Below, in pieces: positions 39,378 through 49,645 of a stretch of 64,000 bases of DNA. This DNA is from a virus. The translations under genes were made by a program, and so were the position numbers. The notes under the pieces were generated by a model that was not told the origin of the DNA, searched no databases, and saw only the letters and a program-made list of their open reading frames with translations. The stretch lies in IMG/VR virus record IMGVR_UViG_3300010885_004110, positions 58,588 through 122,587 of that record. One strand, 5' to 3'. The stretch's first letter is position 1. The number at the start of each line of letters is the position of its first letter.

Positions 39378-42300
39378 ATGGCAAAGAAAAGAATATCAGA
39401 ATATGTTTTCAGAGCAGGCTTATCAAAGACTGCTAACTTGTTTCCCAAGGCTTACGCATTAATTCAAGCAAATATAGATTTTATTATTGCTGAAGAAATT
39501 GCATATATTAATTATAACATAGCAAATAACGTAGCACCTTATATAGGATTTCAATACGATCCTAGTACATGCGAACGTGACGTGGGATATTATTTAAATG
39601 CATACTTACACGATTTGCGCTATGGCGGAAATATTGAAACTAGAAATGTTGCTAATTATCTTTGGATTGACGGTATTCCTCAAATTGGAACAGCCGCAAA
39701 GGCTCCAGTACTTGCTACCCATGCATTTATTAAGACATTGATTAACAATTATGTGTTAACAAATATTGCGCCAACTACTCTTTATCAATCAGTTGACGAC
39801 CAAGTTTTTATACCATCATCGACCGGAGAACTAGGCGCTGCTGCTAGAGTCAGTAGTTTAATCGATGTTATTACCGGAGTTATATCCAACGGGACTCCAG
39901 CAATACCAGCAGCAGTACCGGGAGTAGGACAGATTAGATTGCAGGGAAAATATTCTGCAGCAGAATTATTACTGGTAACAAATGCTACAAAAAATGAAAT
40001 TATCTATAACTTTTCAGATCCAGCATTGGGTGCTGATTTTAGTTACAAATTTGGAACTAGTTCGGGCGGTGGCAGCACTGGGGGAATAACTGATTTAGAC
40101 TTTCCTAGATATCTTCAGACAACTGACGGTATTACAACTATAAATTTATTAGTTGATACTAGCACAATGTTGTCAGTTGATGACATTCAAATTTTTGTCG
40201 AAGACGATGTAACAACAATACGTCCTTGGGACTTTGGTACAGATGCTATTGAACGTATGCGTGTATCGACTCCGCAGGCCATGCTTGATGCTGACTTTGA
40301 ATATGGACTACAACCTACTAAGTGGCAGGCAATTGCTCTACAAAGAGGATATCCTGCGGTATATGAAATTCCAGGATCAGATACCCCAGTTACTACGGTA
40401 ACAACTGATGCAAGTGTTACTACAGGATCAGTAGGTAACTCATTAATTACTGTAACAACTACGGGCCCACATGGATTTACTGTAGGACAGCCTGTCACTA
40501 TCAAAGCATTGGCCAGTACTATTAATGGATTTAGTCGTGCAGAAGGTTCATTTTTAATATTCTCTGTACCCAGCGATGTTTCTTTTACCTATTATGCTTC
40601 TGCAAAGGTCGGAACTAGTAGTGGACAAATTCTTGCAACAACTTATACACAACTAAGAAAAGCCGCATTTTATACCGGTGCTTCAATAGGCTCACCGACA
40701 CTAAGTGTCTACAGCAACGGTGTCACATCGACTATAACCTCTCGGGGAATAACGCCATCGGGATCTACAAGTGTTTCGTTTACCGGCATTGCACCAGCAA
40801 TTGGAGCAAGTGCATCTGGTTTTGGTCTAGTTGTAGGTAGTCAAGTTACGGGTGTTATTGGGTCTGGTGGACTTATGACTACTAATTCTGTTAATACTGC
40901 ATTTACTGCTGGAGCAACTGAAATTACATTGTCAAGTATTTCTGGAGTAATCGAAGGCGCCTCCTTAGATAACGGTACAGGAACATCGTTGTTTATTACT
41001 AACATTGTTGGAAACACAATTTCACTTTCAGGAGCAATGACCGTAGGTAAAGAGGGAGATACTCAAACATATCCAGGAGTATCTGGAACAAATATTAATT
41101 CTATCGGAACTGGTGCAACTTTTGATATTACGCTGTCGGGAGGCACATACAGTGCTATTATAAATGCTGGAAACCTCGGTGCTAATTATGCGTTAGGTGA
41201 TACTATTTTAATAGTAGGAGCTAATATTGGCGGTGCAACCCCCGCTAATAATCTTACTCTTGTGGTATCATCGATCGGCGTTGGTGGTGCAATATCTACA
41301 GTAACATCGTCGGGTACTGGTGTAAGTACCGATGGACTATATGCTTTTTTAACCTACGATTCGTCTACTACAGTCGGCGGCACAAATTTTACACCTTCAG
41401 TTATAAGGGAAGACGGCACCGGGGTATACACTATTAACATTGAGGTTGCTGGTACCGGGTACTTACCAACTGAAACTGTTACAGTTCTTGGAACTCAATT
41501 AGGCGGAACATCCACAGCTAATGATTTAGTTATTACTATCGATACAATTGACGTTGTTGGGGGAGTTGTAACATATACATTAAGCGGAACCGGTATAACT
41601 GGTAATCAAACGTTTACAAATCAGTCAGGAACTAATCAATCGCCAACGGGAACTAGTGCAGTATTCTCCATACAAAGGAGTGGCGGGGCATATATTGTGA
41701 CCCCAACAACTTCAGGATCTGCATATATTCCAAATGTTAGAATTCGGATATTAGGTTCACTATTAGGTGGTGTTAACACCACAAACGATGCCGTTGTTAT
41801 TGTAAATTCAGTAAACGGTACAGGCGGAATCATTACAGCGTCAGCTTCGGGTGCAGCAGTTATAGGTGGAACAATAGCTTTCTATTCAGTGGTTGAAATT
41901 AGTGAAGCAACATCTACTAGTATGCCTTCACTAACTGCAATTAATGTTGGAGCAATACCAACATTGCAGGCGACATTTGCTAGTAATCACGGACTGTTAC
42001 CAGGTTCTGGAATTTTAGTAAATATTACATCAAACCCACCACCGGCATTTATTTCGGCAGGTACAGTGACATTATCGAGTTCGGGAACGTGGACTGGGGT
42101 TACATATGCCCTTGGAAAATGGATTGCTATTCAAAGCGGCGGCACTGCTGGAGCAAGTTCTACAGACTTAACATCTTGGACACCGCTTACGATATCTCAA
42201 TCTGCTACTTGGACTTCAATTGCTAGCGGACTTGTTGGAGCAACTACCTATATTGTAGCAGTTGCTAGCGGCGGCACTGCAACAACTTATTCAACAAACG

Positions 42301-45248
42301 GCACTAGCTGGACCAACGGAGGAGCACTATCAAGTAGTGGTACATGGACAGCAGTGGCATATTCCGGTGGAGTTTTTATAGCTGTACGATCCGGTAGTAA
42401 TGCAGCATCTAGATCTGAAAATGGCGGCCAGCTCTGGACAGCTGGCGGTACGCTGTCAGCTAGTACCACTTGGACTGATGTTGCAGGAGGAACAATTAAC
42501 AGTGTTAACATGTTTGTAGCCATTGCTAGCGGTGGAACAACAGCAAACTATACTTTAGATCTCGGAACAACGTGGACAGCAACTGGGGTATTGCCATCAT
42601 CTGCCACATGGTCTAGCATTGCATACGGAAATTTTAGATTTGTTGCGATCGCCAGCGGTGGAACAGCCAGTGCATATTCTACAACTGGATTAGCATGGGT
42701 CGCTGGCGGAGCATTGCCAGCATCGACTACATGGTCGTCTATTGGTTTCTATAACGGATTGTTCGTTGCAGTAGCTACCGGCACTAACAATATAGCAACA
42801 TCATATGACGGTGTTACATGGACACTACGCACACTTTCGACCAGTGCTAACTGGGGATCCCTCGCAGGAGCCACAGTAAACAACGTTGACAAGTGGGCCA
42901 TAGTTGGCAACGGTACCGCAGTATCAGCTGTTACACTAACTGCAAATAATCACGCAGTTGCAGCTGGTCCGTTTTTAATAACAGACGTACCAAATGAAAC
43001 AACAATTAGATGGGTCGCTAGAGCACAACTAGCTGTTGATACTAGTGAGTTAGGGTTATCAGGAGTAATATATGCCAGACCAGATAGTTTCTTTGTACAC
43101 AGACCATATGATGGTGGTGTTCAATTAGGAACAGGTAGTCCTCAACACGGTGCTCAAGCAGTTCGTCAAAGTAAAAAATATATTCGTTATCAGTCTGGTA
43201 AAGGCATGATGTATACTACTGGTGCATTGTTTGCGCCTAGCTATAGTCTAGCAAGTGGTACTGCTGAAAGTCTGGCCCTTAATAGTTTAATTACATTTAC
43301 CACAGACGATACTGATCACGGATGTCAAATTGGTGGAACTGTAGAAGTCACTGGATTTCAAACTGCATCCTATAATGGAACATATGTTGTTGATAGTATT
43401 GTAAATGAACGTGCTTTTAAGGTTAGAAGTTTAAGAGCATTAAGTTCCCTTACTGCGTCTTTAGGTAACGATCCAAAAATGTCTGTTAGATACTGGCACG
43501 GTGCTACTGTTCGCTCTGGACCGTTTGACGAACAAAACGGTATTTTTTATCAGTACGACGGACAAACATTGGCATTGGGCAAACGTTCAAGTACATTCCA
43601 ATTAGCTGGGGTTGCTTCAGTAAACGTTGATTCTAATCTAGTAACGGGAACAGGAACTCGATTCCGAGATCAACTAAAAGCAGGCGATAGAATAGTATTA
43701 AAAGGTATGAGTCATGTCGTTACCAAAGTTACTAGTGATACTTCAATTACTATTAATCCTGATTATAGAGGTGTAACAAATGCTACATTGGCAAAACTTT
43801 GCCTAACTCAAGACACTCTTATACCACAGAAAGATTGGAATTTAGATAGAGGTGACGGTACTGGCCCAAGCGGTTATAATATTGATCCTACAAAAATGCA
43901 GATGATCGGTATGCAGTATACATGGTATGCTGCTGGTTTTATCGAATTCATGCTACGTGGCAGTGACGGTAAATTTATTTTCCTACATAGAATTCGTAAC
44001 AGTAACGTAAACACAGAAGCTTACATGCGTACAGCTAACTTACCAGTGCGTTACGAAGTTATTAATGAAAGTGCTAGGGACAGATTAATTTCAGCAATTA
44101 CTAGTAGTCAAACAACTATCCCATTATACGATGCTTATTATTTCCCCAATGATGGCACTATCATTATAGACAACGAGATGATTTCTTATACAGGAAAGTC
44201 TGGTAATACATTAACTGGATGTAGCAGAGGCTCAACTTATCAGAATTTTGCAAGTGGATCTAACAGAACATATAGTGCAGGCGTCGCAGCAAGTCATCTT
44301 ATTAATACCGGCGTTATATTAATCAGTACAACAATTACTCCAGTTATTAGCCATTGGGGTAGTGCGCTATTAACAGATGGACAGTTTGATCAGGATCGCG
44401 GCTATTTGTTCAGCTATGCATCTACTGGAAACGAGGTTAGTACTACAAAGAAAACAGCATTCTTAATTAGACTGGCTCCTAGTGTTTCTAATGCGATTGT
44501 TGGTGATCTAGGTGAGCGTGAATTGTTAAATCGTGCTCAGTTGTTATTAAAAGAAATTGCAATTGCTTCAGATGCCGTAGCAACAAATACAGGTGGTATT
44601 GTTATCGAAGGAGTATTAAATCCTCAAAACTATCCTATAAATCCAGCAGATATTTCGTGGAGTGGTATTGCAGGACTAGCGCAAGGGGGACAACCGAGCT
44701 TTGTTCAGATTGCTCCAGGCGGCTCTGTAAACTGGGCATCAGGTATAGTACAGACTACAGCAACAGCAACAACCGCAGCATCGATTAGTTTAACCAGAAC
44801 TAACTATTTGTACTTTACACAAGCGTCATGGAACGCTATTGGTGCTAAGGTAGGTACTGAGGTTAGCGATAGTAAATTCCCAGCTGGTACTCGTGTAACT
44901 CAAGTATTCGGGCCTGCTGATTATATCGGCGGAAACGCAGGTAATGAATTCTTAGTCTATTTTAACCAAAACTCAAATACTACTGTTAACGCCAGCTCAA
45001 CAATTACGTTTACATTTGGTCAACCACCATTTGCATTACCGGGCGAAACTGTATTCTCGTTTATTACAAATCCGGGAGAAACATCATCTTTAGATCTTAG
45101 CGATCTAAAAGAATTGACTAATACAACATTAGGCGGACGCGGAACTTATCCAAACGGTCCGGACGTACTTGCTATTAACGTTTATAAAACAGGTGGTACT
45201 GCTACCGTTGCTAACATTATTCTACGTTGGGGCGAAGCGCAGGCTTAA
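39378..45248 (+). CDS. Giant modular virion/fibre protein (1956 aa)
   Basis: N-terminal CxRD helical domain, DADFEYGLQPTKW, repeated beta modules, propeller-type repeats, QSKKYIRYQSGKG domain. Confidence 0.75.
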   Translation: MAKKRISEYVFRAGLSKTANLFPKAYALIQANIDFIIAEEIAYINYNIANNVAPYIGFQYDPSTCERDVGYYLNAYLHDLRYGGNIETRNVANYLWIDGIPQIGTAAKAPVLATHAFIKTLINNYVLTNIAPTTLYQSVDDQVFIPSSTGELGAAARVSSLIDVITGVISNGTPAIPAAVPGVGQIRLQGKYSAAELLLVTNATKNEIIYNFSDPALGADFSYKFGTSSGGGSTGGITDLDFPRYLQTTDGITTINLLVDTSTMLSVDDIQIFVEDDVTTIRPWDFGTDAIERMRVSTPQAMLDADFEYGLQPTKWQAIALQRGYPAVYEIPGSDTPVTTVTTDASVTTGSVGNSLITVTTTGPHGFTVGQPVTIKALASTINGFSRAEGSFLIFSVPSDVSFTYYASAKVGTSSGQILATTYTQLRKAAFYTGASIGSPTLSVYSNGVTSTITSRGITPSGSTSVSFTGIAPAIGASASGFGLVVGSQVTGVIGSGGLMTTNSVNTAFTAGATEITLSSISGVIEGASLDNGTGTSLFITNIVGNTISLSGAMTVGKEGDTQTYPGVSGTNINSIGTGATFDITLSGGTYSAIINAGNLGANYALGDTILIVGANIGGATPANNLTLVVSSIGVGGAISTVTSSGTGVSTDGLYAFLTYDSSTTVGGTNFTPSVIREDGTGVYTINIEVAGTGYLPTETVTVLGTQLGGTSTANDLVITIDTIDVVGGVVTYTLSGTGITGNQTFTNQSGTNQSPTGTSAVFSIQRSGGAYIVTPTTSGSAYIPNVRIRILGSLLGGVNTTNDAVVIVNSVNGTGGIITASASGAAVIGGTIAFYSVVEISEATSTSMPSLTAINVGAIPTLQATFASNHGLLPGSGILVNITSNPPPAFISAGTVTLSSSGTWTGVTYALGKWIAIQSGGTAGASSTDLTSWTPLTISQSATWTSIASGLVGATTYIVAVASGGTATTYSTNGTSWTNGGALSSSGTWTAVAYSGGVFIAVRSGSNAASRSENGGQLWTAGGTLSASTTWTDVAGGTINSVNMFVAIASGGTTANYTLDLGTTWTATGVLPSSATWSSIAYGNFRFVAIASGGTASAYSTTGLAWVAGGALPASTTWSSIGFYNGLFVAVATGTNNIATSYDGVTWTLRTLSTSANWGSLAGATVNNVDKWAIVGNGTAVSAVTLTANNHAVAAGPFLITDVPNETTIRWVARAQLAVDTSELGLSGVIYARPDSFFVHRPYDGGVQLGTGSPQHGAQAVRQSKKYIRYQSGKGMMYTTGALFAPSYSLASGTAESLALNSLITFTTDDTDHGCQIGGTVEVTGFQTASYNGTYVVDSIVNERAFKVRSLRALSSLTASLGNDPKMSVRYWHGATVRSGPFDEQNGIFYQYDGQTLALGKRSSTFQLAGVASVNVDSNLVTGTGTRFRDQLKAGDRIVLKGMSHVVTKVTSDTSITINPDYRGVTNATLAKLCLTQDTLIPQKDWNLDRGDGTGPSGYNIDPTKMQMIGMQYTWYAAGFIEFMLRGSDGKFIFLHRIRNSNVNTEAYMRTANLPVRYEVINESARDRLISAITSSQTTIPLYDAYYFPNDGTIIIDNEMISYTGKSGNTLTGCSRGSTYQNFASGSNRTYSAGVAASHLINTGVILISTTITPVISHWGSALLTDGQFDQDRGYLFSYASTGNEVSTTKKTAFLIRLAPSVSNAIVGDLGERELLNRAQLLLKEIAIASDAVATNTGGIVIEGVLNPQNYPINPADISWSGIAGLAQGGQPSFVQIAPGGSVNWASGIVQTTATATTAASISLTRTNYLYFTQASWNAIGAKVGTEVSDSKFPAGTRVTQVFGPADYIGGNAGNEFLVYFNQNSNTTVNASSTITFTFGQPPFALPGETVFSFITNPGETSSLDLSDLKELTNTTLGGRGTYPNGPDVLAINVYKTGGTATVANIILRWGEAQA

Positions 45249-45511
45249 GATTTTAGAGAGGTAACAGTCCTCTCTAATTCTTGTCTAATACTAGTAAGGG
45301 ATGATCTAGATTCTTCAATATGCGAAGGCATCCCGGCACCGGTTGATAACTCGTTGTAGAATTGATCAATTCTATTTGCTTCAGAAATTAATTTTTTTAG
45401 CAAATTAGATATTGCGTCTTTTATCTGCGGCTCAGTGGCATGCTCGATTGCTTCTCTATATCTTGTGCAGTCGGATTTGAATCGTTCGTTTTGGCTAATC
45501 GATGGCAGCAT
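45245..45511 (-). CDS. Small helical hypothetical protein
   Basis: GGAG SD upstream; its stop overlaps the stop of 39378 (TTAA). Confidence 0.65.
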   Translation of the reverse strand: MLPSISQNERFKSDCTRYREAIEHATEPQIKDAISNLLKKLISEANRIDQFYNELSTGAGMPSHIEESRSSLTSIRQELERTVTSLKS

Positions 45512-45887
45512 TTTCTAACTCCAAAATTGTATCTAATTTAGTTCTTATAATAGGATTATTCAATGTATTTTTTAATCCAGTATGCAGTTGTTTGGGCAAG
45601 TTATTTAAACTGCCCCATGAGATAGTAGACGAGACTGTGGTTAAAAACTCATCTTTGACTAAGCATACATATGTGCCGTATTCAAATCCTTTATCTTCTG
45701 ATAGATAAAGTTCTATAGGTAATACTCTTGCCGGTTTTCCATAATATGAATCTATTAACGGATGAGCATCTTTTAATAGATTATCCAACCTAGGAAAAGT
45801 AGGCACAGTCCATTTGGTGTCTTCTAACACCAAAAGAACACGACCTGTGTTTGTTGAAAAGAAAAGTAGTCCGGCACGCTTCTGCAT
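45495..45887 (-). CDS. Nudix-fold-like protein lacking a recognisable Nudix box
   Basis: AGLLFFS.NTGRVLLV..W and FEYGTYVCLVKDEF resemble Nudix beta strands. Start set at 45887 by the TAAGTA-N5-ATG pattern. Confidence 0.45.
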   Translation of the reverse strand: MQKRAGLLFFSTNTGRVLLVLEDTKWTVPTFPRLDNLLKDAHPLIDSYYGKPARVLPIELYLSEDKGFEYGTYVCLVKDEFLTTVSSTISWGSLNNLPKQLHTGLKNTLNNPIIRTKLDTILELENAAID

Positions 45888-45895
45888 GCACATAC

Positions 45896-47518
45896 TTATG
45901 CTGGATCTAATTCAAGACGCCAAAATCCTGATGCGTACTCACCTTCAAAACTCTTGTACCATTGTCCCGATGCGTCCCAGCGATACTGTATTCCAGTTTT
46001 TAAATTTTGAAATACTACACTTGTTATTTCAAGTTTTAGATTTTCTTCCGGAATTACAGTATTCTCAGTCTCAGTAATATCTGCTAGAACTCTATAAGTA
46101 ACACCATCTGCTACAATAATCTGTCCTTGACTGTATACTACAGTGTTGCTAATACTAGAAGATATTGCCCACAAGGGTAATAAATTAATCCATGCGCTAC
46201 CGTTCCATTCAATAATGCTATTAGCAGGTATAACTGGATCGGAACTATTTAGATTTTTCCAAGCATCGGGACCATCGTAATTGTAATACGGAGGAGAATC
46301 GATAGTAGTGCTAACATTGGTACTATTATTAATGTCATCCAATACTAAGTACCTAGTACCGATAACAATAGTTTGATCAGAGGCTTCTTTATTTGGACGC
46401 TTGGGATTAAACTTGTAAGGATCAACAATGGCATCTATAGTTGTTTTTCCGTTGGGATATACCCCACTAATTATTATAGTATTAGAAGGCTTGTCTTCAA
46501 TAGTTACTAACATATATGTCGGATCAACTTCATTAACAATAAATGTGCCACCAATTTCATTACCGTCTGGTTGTAAGAAATAAATTTTACTGATACCACC
46601 AATGTATCCACCGTAGATTTCTAATATTTTTGTCCAGTTTATTCTCTCACCAGCTTTACTAGGAGGTGTTAGTCCTGTAGATGTTATTACTTCTCCGGGA
46701 CTAACAATTGATAAATCATAATCATTTGCTTCACCGTTATTGCTTTTTAACAATAATACACGCCAGTTACCTTCTACTTGCGGTAATTTAGCTGTGGGAT
46801 CGCCGCCGTAGACTAAACTGTCTAGATTTAAAACATCCCCAGATTCACTAAAAACGTTCATAACTAAATTTCTAATAACACCAAGTTTTTTAACTTTCGA
46901 CGGAGGGCTAATATATATTGGCATCTTAAATTCTAAACTACAGATATCAATATCACTTTCAGTGCCCATTGGTATTGTTCTAGAACTAAAATTTACAGAT
47001 GATAAATCTATAACGCTAAGACTAGTCCAGTCGATATAGTTGTCAGTGGTTTGAATTTCTAAACTAGGATTGAACAATACTAAAATTTGTTCAGTTAGTT
47101 GTAATTTCTGATCAGTGTTACTGGTCCAGATATCTGCTTTCATTGTCAACTTAAACGGAGTAGGCATTAATCGCTCAACAGTGTATCCACCACCTTGTAC
47201 ATTTTTGTATTCGATGTTTCCGTTGACATCCTCCCCCCAAGCACGTTCTCTTATGTTTAATTTACTAACAAAACTAGCATCTGCTAATCTACTAGTATCC
47301 ATTTCTAAACCGCTGATGTAGCATGCTATCTTCGGAACAGTGGCTAACTTATTCTCAGAATTTTCTTTAATAATACTAGCTACTTGTCTAGTCATATCTC
47401 CGTACATAACCGGTACATGGCGCAAAGTGCCGTCACCTGTTTTATATTTAAATCCTATGAACACTCGCATGAACTGTGTAACATATCGTCTTATTTGTCC
47501 GTCGTAGAAAAAATCCAT
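45896..47518 (-). CDS. gp15: Tail sheath stabiliser/tail terminator (T4 gp15 family) with a C-terminal extension
   Basis: FFYDGQIRRY..F, VPVMYG and P.PFKLTMKADIWTSNTDQKLQLTEQILVLFNP. Confidence 0.8.
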   Translation of the reverse strand: MDFFYDGQIRRYVTQFMRVFIGFKYKTGDGTLRHVPVMYGDMTRQVASIIKENSENKLATVPKIACYISGLEMDTSRLADASFVSKLNIRERAWGEDVNGNIEYKNVQGGGYTVERLMPTPFKLTMKADIWTSNTDQKLQLTEQILVLFNPSLEIQTTDNYIDWTSLSVIDLSSVNFSSRTIPMGTESDIDICSLEFKMPIYISPPSKVKKLGVIRNLVMNVFSESGDVLNLDSLVYGGDPTAKLPQVEGNWRVLLLKSNNGEANDYDLSIVSPGEVITSTGLTPPSKAGERINWTKILEIYGGYIGGISKIYFLQPDGNEIGGTFIVNEVDPTYMLVTIEDKPSNTIIISGVYPNGKTTIDAIVDPYKFNPKRPNKEASDQTIVIGTRYLVLDDINNSTNVSTTIDSPPYYNYDGPDAWKNLNSSDPVIPANSIIEWNGSAWINLLPLWAISSSISNTVVYSQGQIIVADGVTYRVLADITETENTVIPEENLKLEITSVVFQNLKTGIQYRWDASGQWYKSFEGEYASGFWRLELDPA

Positions 47519-48801
47519 TATTGATCTGCCTCTGGTCTAAGAGCTTTCGATAAGCTCTGTTTTTCTTTAATCTGTTTACCGTTGATAGTATTAACTTTAT
47601 CATTGTTAATAAACGATGTTTTGTGTGTTAATCTAACATCCTTGCCCAAGAACATATCATTAGGCGATCCACCTGCTACAACATCTTCGTTGCCCAAATT
47701 GCTCATGGTCATTCGAGTTACATCTTCTACTTTAATCCATCGTGACCCACCAAATCTAAATAGTCTCTTTGGTAGATAATCAGTTCTTAAATGATATTGT
47801 CCAACAACTGGTTGTAATGGGAATGATATACCAGCAGTAAACGCAGCGCCGTTTGGCGGAATGCCGTCACCGTCTCCGATACTAGGACCATCGTAGCTTG
47901 GACTTTGATAAATTGTTGATGCTGTAGATCCTACGTATACCGGAGCACCGTTGTTATCAAACAATAAATTACCATCAGCATCTGTCGCCTGAGTCTGGAC
48001 ACTGGCATCTAAGGTTGTTGAATCTACAGTTACTACTTCTACTAGACCGTTTTCATCTTTTTGCAGCATGTAGTGACGTGTGGTATCATAACCGCTACGC
48101 AATACATCTGCTTCTGCCTGCTCGAGAACCGCTGATGTAATCTGCATTTCCTTTTCATACGTTGACATAATGTCTCTTAACGTAGTAGTTGTATCTCCAG
48201 TAATTCCATCAGCGTCTGCAACACCATCAAGAATCTCTTTAAACTCTTGACTATCAACTAGAGGTTTGCACTTGGCACGATATAAATGCGGGTACCAAGT
48301 TACTGAAAATCCTTCTGCTGCACGATTAACTTCTTCTACTACATAGAATCGCTTTAGAGCAAATTGAAAATCGTTAAGAGCATACTCGTCTTTCAAGTGA
48401 GGTAACTCAATAACATCACCAGCTATAATCTTACGACCAAGTTTTTCTATGGTATCATTAATATGGAATGTGATGAAAACAGTATCATTTTGTAAAAATA
48501 ATCCAAATTGACTTAGATTAAAGTCCATGTCTGTTAGACTATAAACTCCTCGAAGTTGATAGATATCTGGATCATATTTTCTGTCACGATTTTCTAAAAA
48601 TAGTAAATCTTGAATTTGTGTAGGACTGGTAGTATTATATACAGGTGTACTCGGAGTAGCACCTTGTACAGATGATCCAGGCCCTAAATATTTGTGGACA
48701 AGCGTGTCAGTACCGCCAATCTGGAACATTTCCCAAATGGATTTATCTATAAATTTGTAGTCGTTGCCCTTTTCGGGCCTATAAAGAGAGAGTCTTGGCA
48801 T
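47518..48801 (-). CDS. gp14: Neck protein (T4 gp14 family)
   Basis: LSQFGLFLQND, GDVIELPH, FYVVEEV..YRAKC; located between gp15 and gp13. Confidence 0.75.
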   Translation of the reverse strand: MPRLSLYRPEKGNDYKFIDKSIWEMFQIGGTDTLVHKYLGPGSSVQGATPSTPVYNTTSPTQIQDLLFLENRDRKYDPDIYQLRGVYSLTDMDFNLSQFGLFLQNDTVFITFHINDTIEKLGRKIIAGDVIELPHLKDEYALNDFQFALKRFYVVEEVNRAAEGFSVTWYPHLYRAKCKPLVDSQEFKEILDGVADADGITGDTTTTLRDIMSTYEKEMQITSAVLEQAEADVLRSGYDTTRHYMLQKDENGLVEVVTVDSTTLDASVQTQATDADGNLLFDNNGAPVYVGSTASTIYQSPSYDGPSIGDGDGIPPNGAAFTAGISFPLQPVVGQYHLRTDYLPKRLFRFGGSRWIKVEDVTRMTMSNLGNEDVVAGGSPNDMFLGKDVRLTHKTSFINNDKVNTINGKQIKEKQSLSKALRPEADQ

Positions 48802-48808
48802 AGTAATG

Positions 48809-48825
48809 TATTTACCGCATAAATA
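48809..48825. promoter_or_regulatory. Back-to-back divergent late promoters (TAAATA on both strands)
   Basis: TATTTA at 48809-48814 faces gp14 and TAAATA at 48820-48825 faces gp13, within a 29-bp gap. Confidence 0.7.
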
Positions 48826-48830
48826 CTAGC

Positions 48831-49589
48831 ATGAGCCAAATTGATCAATCCAGACAAACTGTATACAACTACTGTAAAACCATGCTAGGCGATGGCATGA
48901 TTGATGTAGAACTAGATCCCGTGCATTATCAAACAGCACTAGATCGTTCTCTAGCAGTATTTCGCCAACGTAGTGATAATGCTGTAGAAGAAAGCTATGC
49001 ATTTTTAACACTGGCTGCTGATAAAAATGAATACATACTTCCCAAAGAAATACAACAAGTACGTCAAATCTTTAGACGTAGTGTGGGTAGTAGAAGCGGA
49101 AATGGCAGTGGTGGTACAGTGTTTGAACCATTCAACATGGCCTATACAAATACCTACTTGTTAAGTTCAACTAACATGGGCGGCCTACTAACATACGAAC
49201 TGTTCAGTCAATATCAAGAATTAGTAGGCAAAATGTTTGGAAGTTTTATTAATTTTACATGGCAACCACAAAGTCGTAAACTAATGATTCAACAACGTCC
49301 TAGGGGTGATGAAGAAGTTATGCTTTGGGTTTACAATACTAAACCAGACTTTGCTATCATTGAAGATACATATGCAGGGCAGTGGATCAAAGATTACTCA
49401 CTAGCTAATTGTAAGATGATGCTAGGGCAAGCTCGTGAAAAGTTTGCACAAATTGCAGGACCGCAGGGCGGCAGTAGTCTAAATGGTGCCGCAATGAAAT
49501 CTGAAGCAGTTGCAGACATTGAAAGATTAACCAAGGAATTAGAAACATATATCCCCGGTGGCACCGGATATACTTTTGTAATTGGATAA
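48831..49589 (+). CDS. gp13: Neck protein (T4 gp13 family)
   Basis: YCKTMLG..IDVEL, WIKDYSLA..K.MLG..REKF..I.GPQGG.SLNG. Confidence 0.88.
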   Translation: MSQIDQSRQTVYNYCKTMLGDGMIDVELDPVHYQTALDRSLAVFRQRSDNAVEESYAFLTLAADKNEYILPKEIQQVRQIFRRSVGSRSGNGSGGTVFEPFNMAYTNTYLLSSTNMGGLLTYELFSQYQELVGKMFGSFINFTWQPQSRKLMIQQRPRGDEEVMLWVYNTKPDFAIIEDTYAGQWIKDYSLANCKMMLGQAREKFAQIAGPQGGSSLNGAAMKSEAVADIERLTKELETYIPGGTGYTFVIG

Positions 49590-49596
49590 TTAACTG

Positions 49597-49625
49597 TTGA
49601 CCTTTAAGCCATAATCATTTAAACT
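49597..49625 (+). promoter_or_regulatory. Sigma70-type promoter
   Basis: TTGACC-N17-TAAACT upstream of the dNMP kinase gene. Confidence 0.6.
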
Positions 49626-49645
49626 ATATCTAGTGAGGATATATT

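Noticed and set aside
17929-39663. Inferring a cyanobacterial host from the phycobiliprotein-like motifs
   Set aside because: No photosynthesis or other cyanophage marker genes are in the window, so the host cannot be assigned from this sequence.
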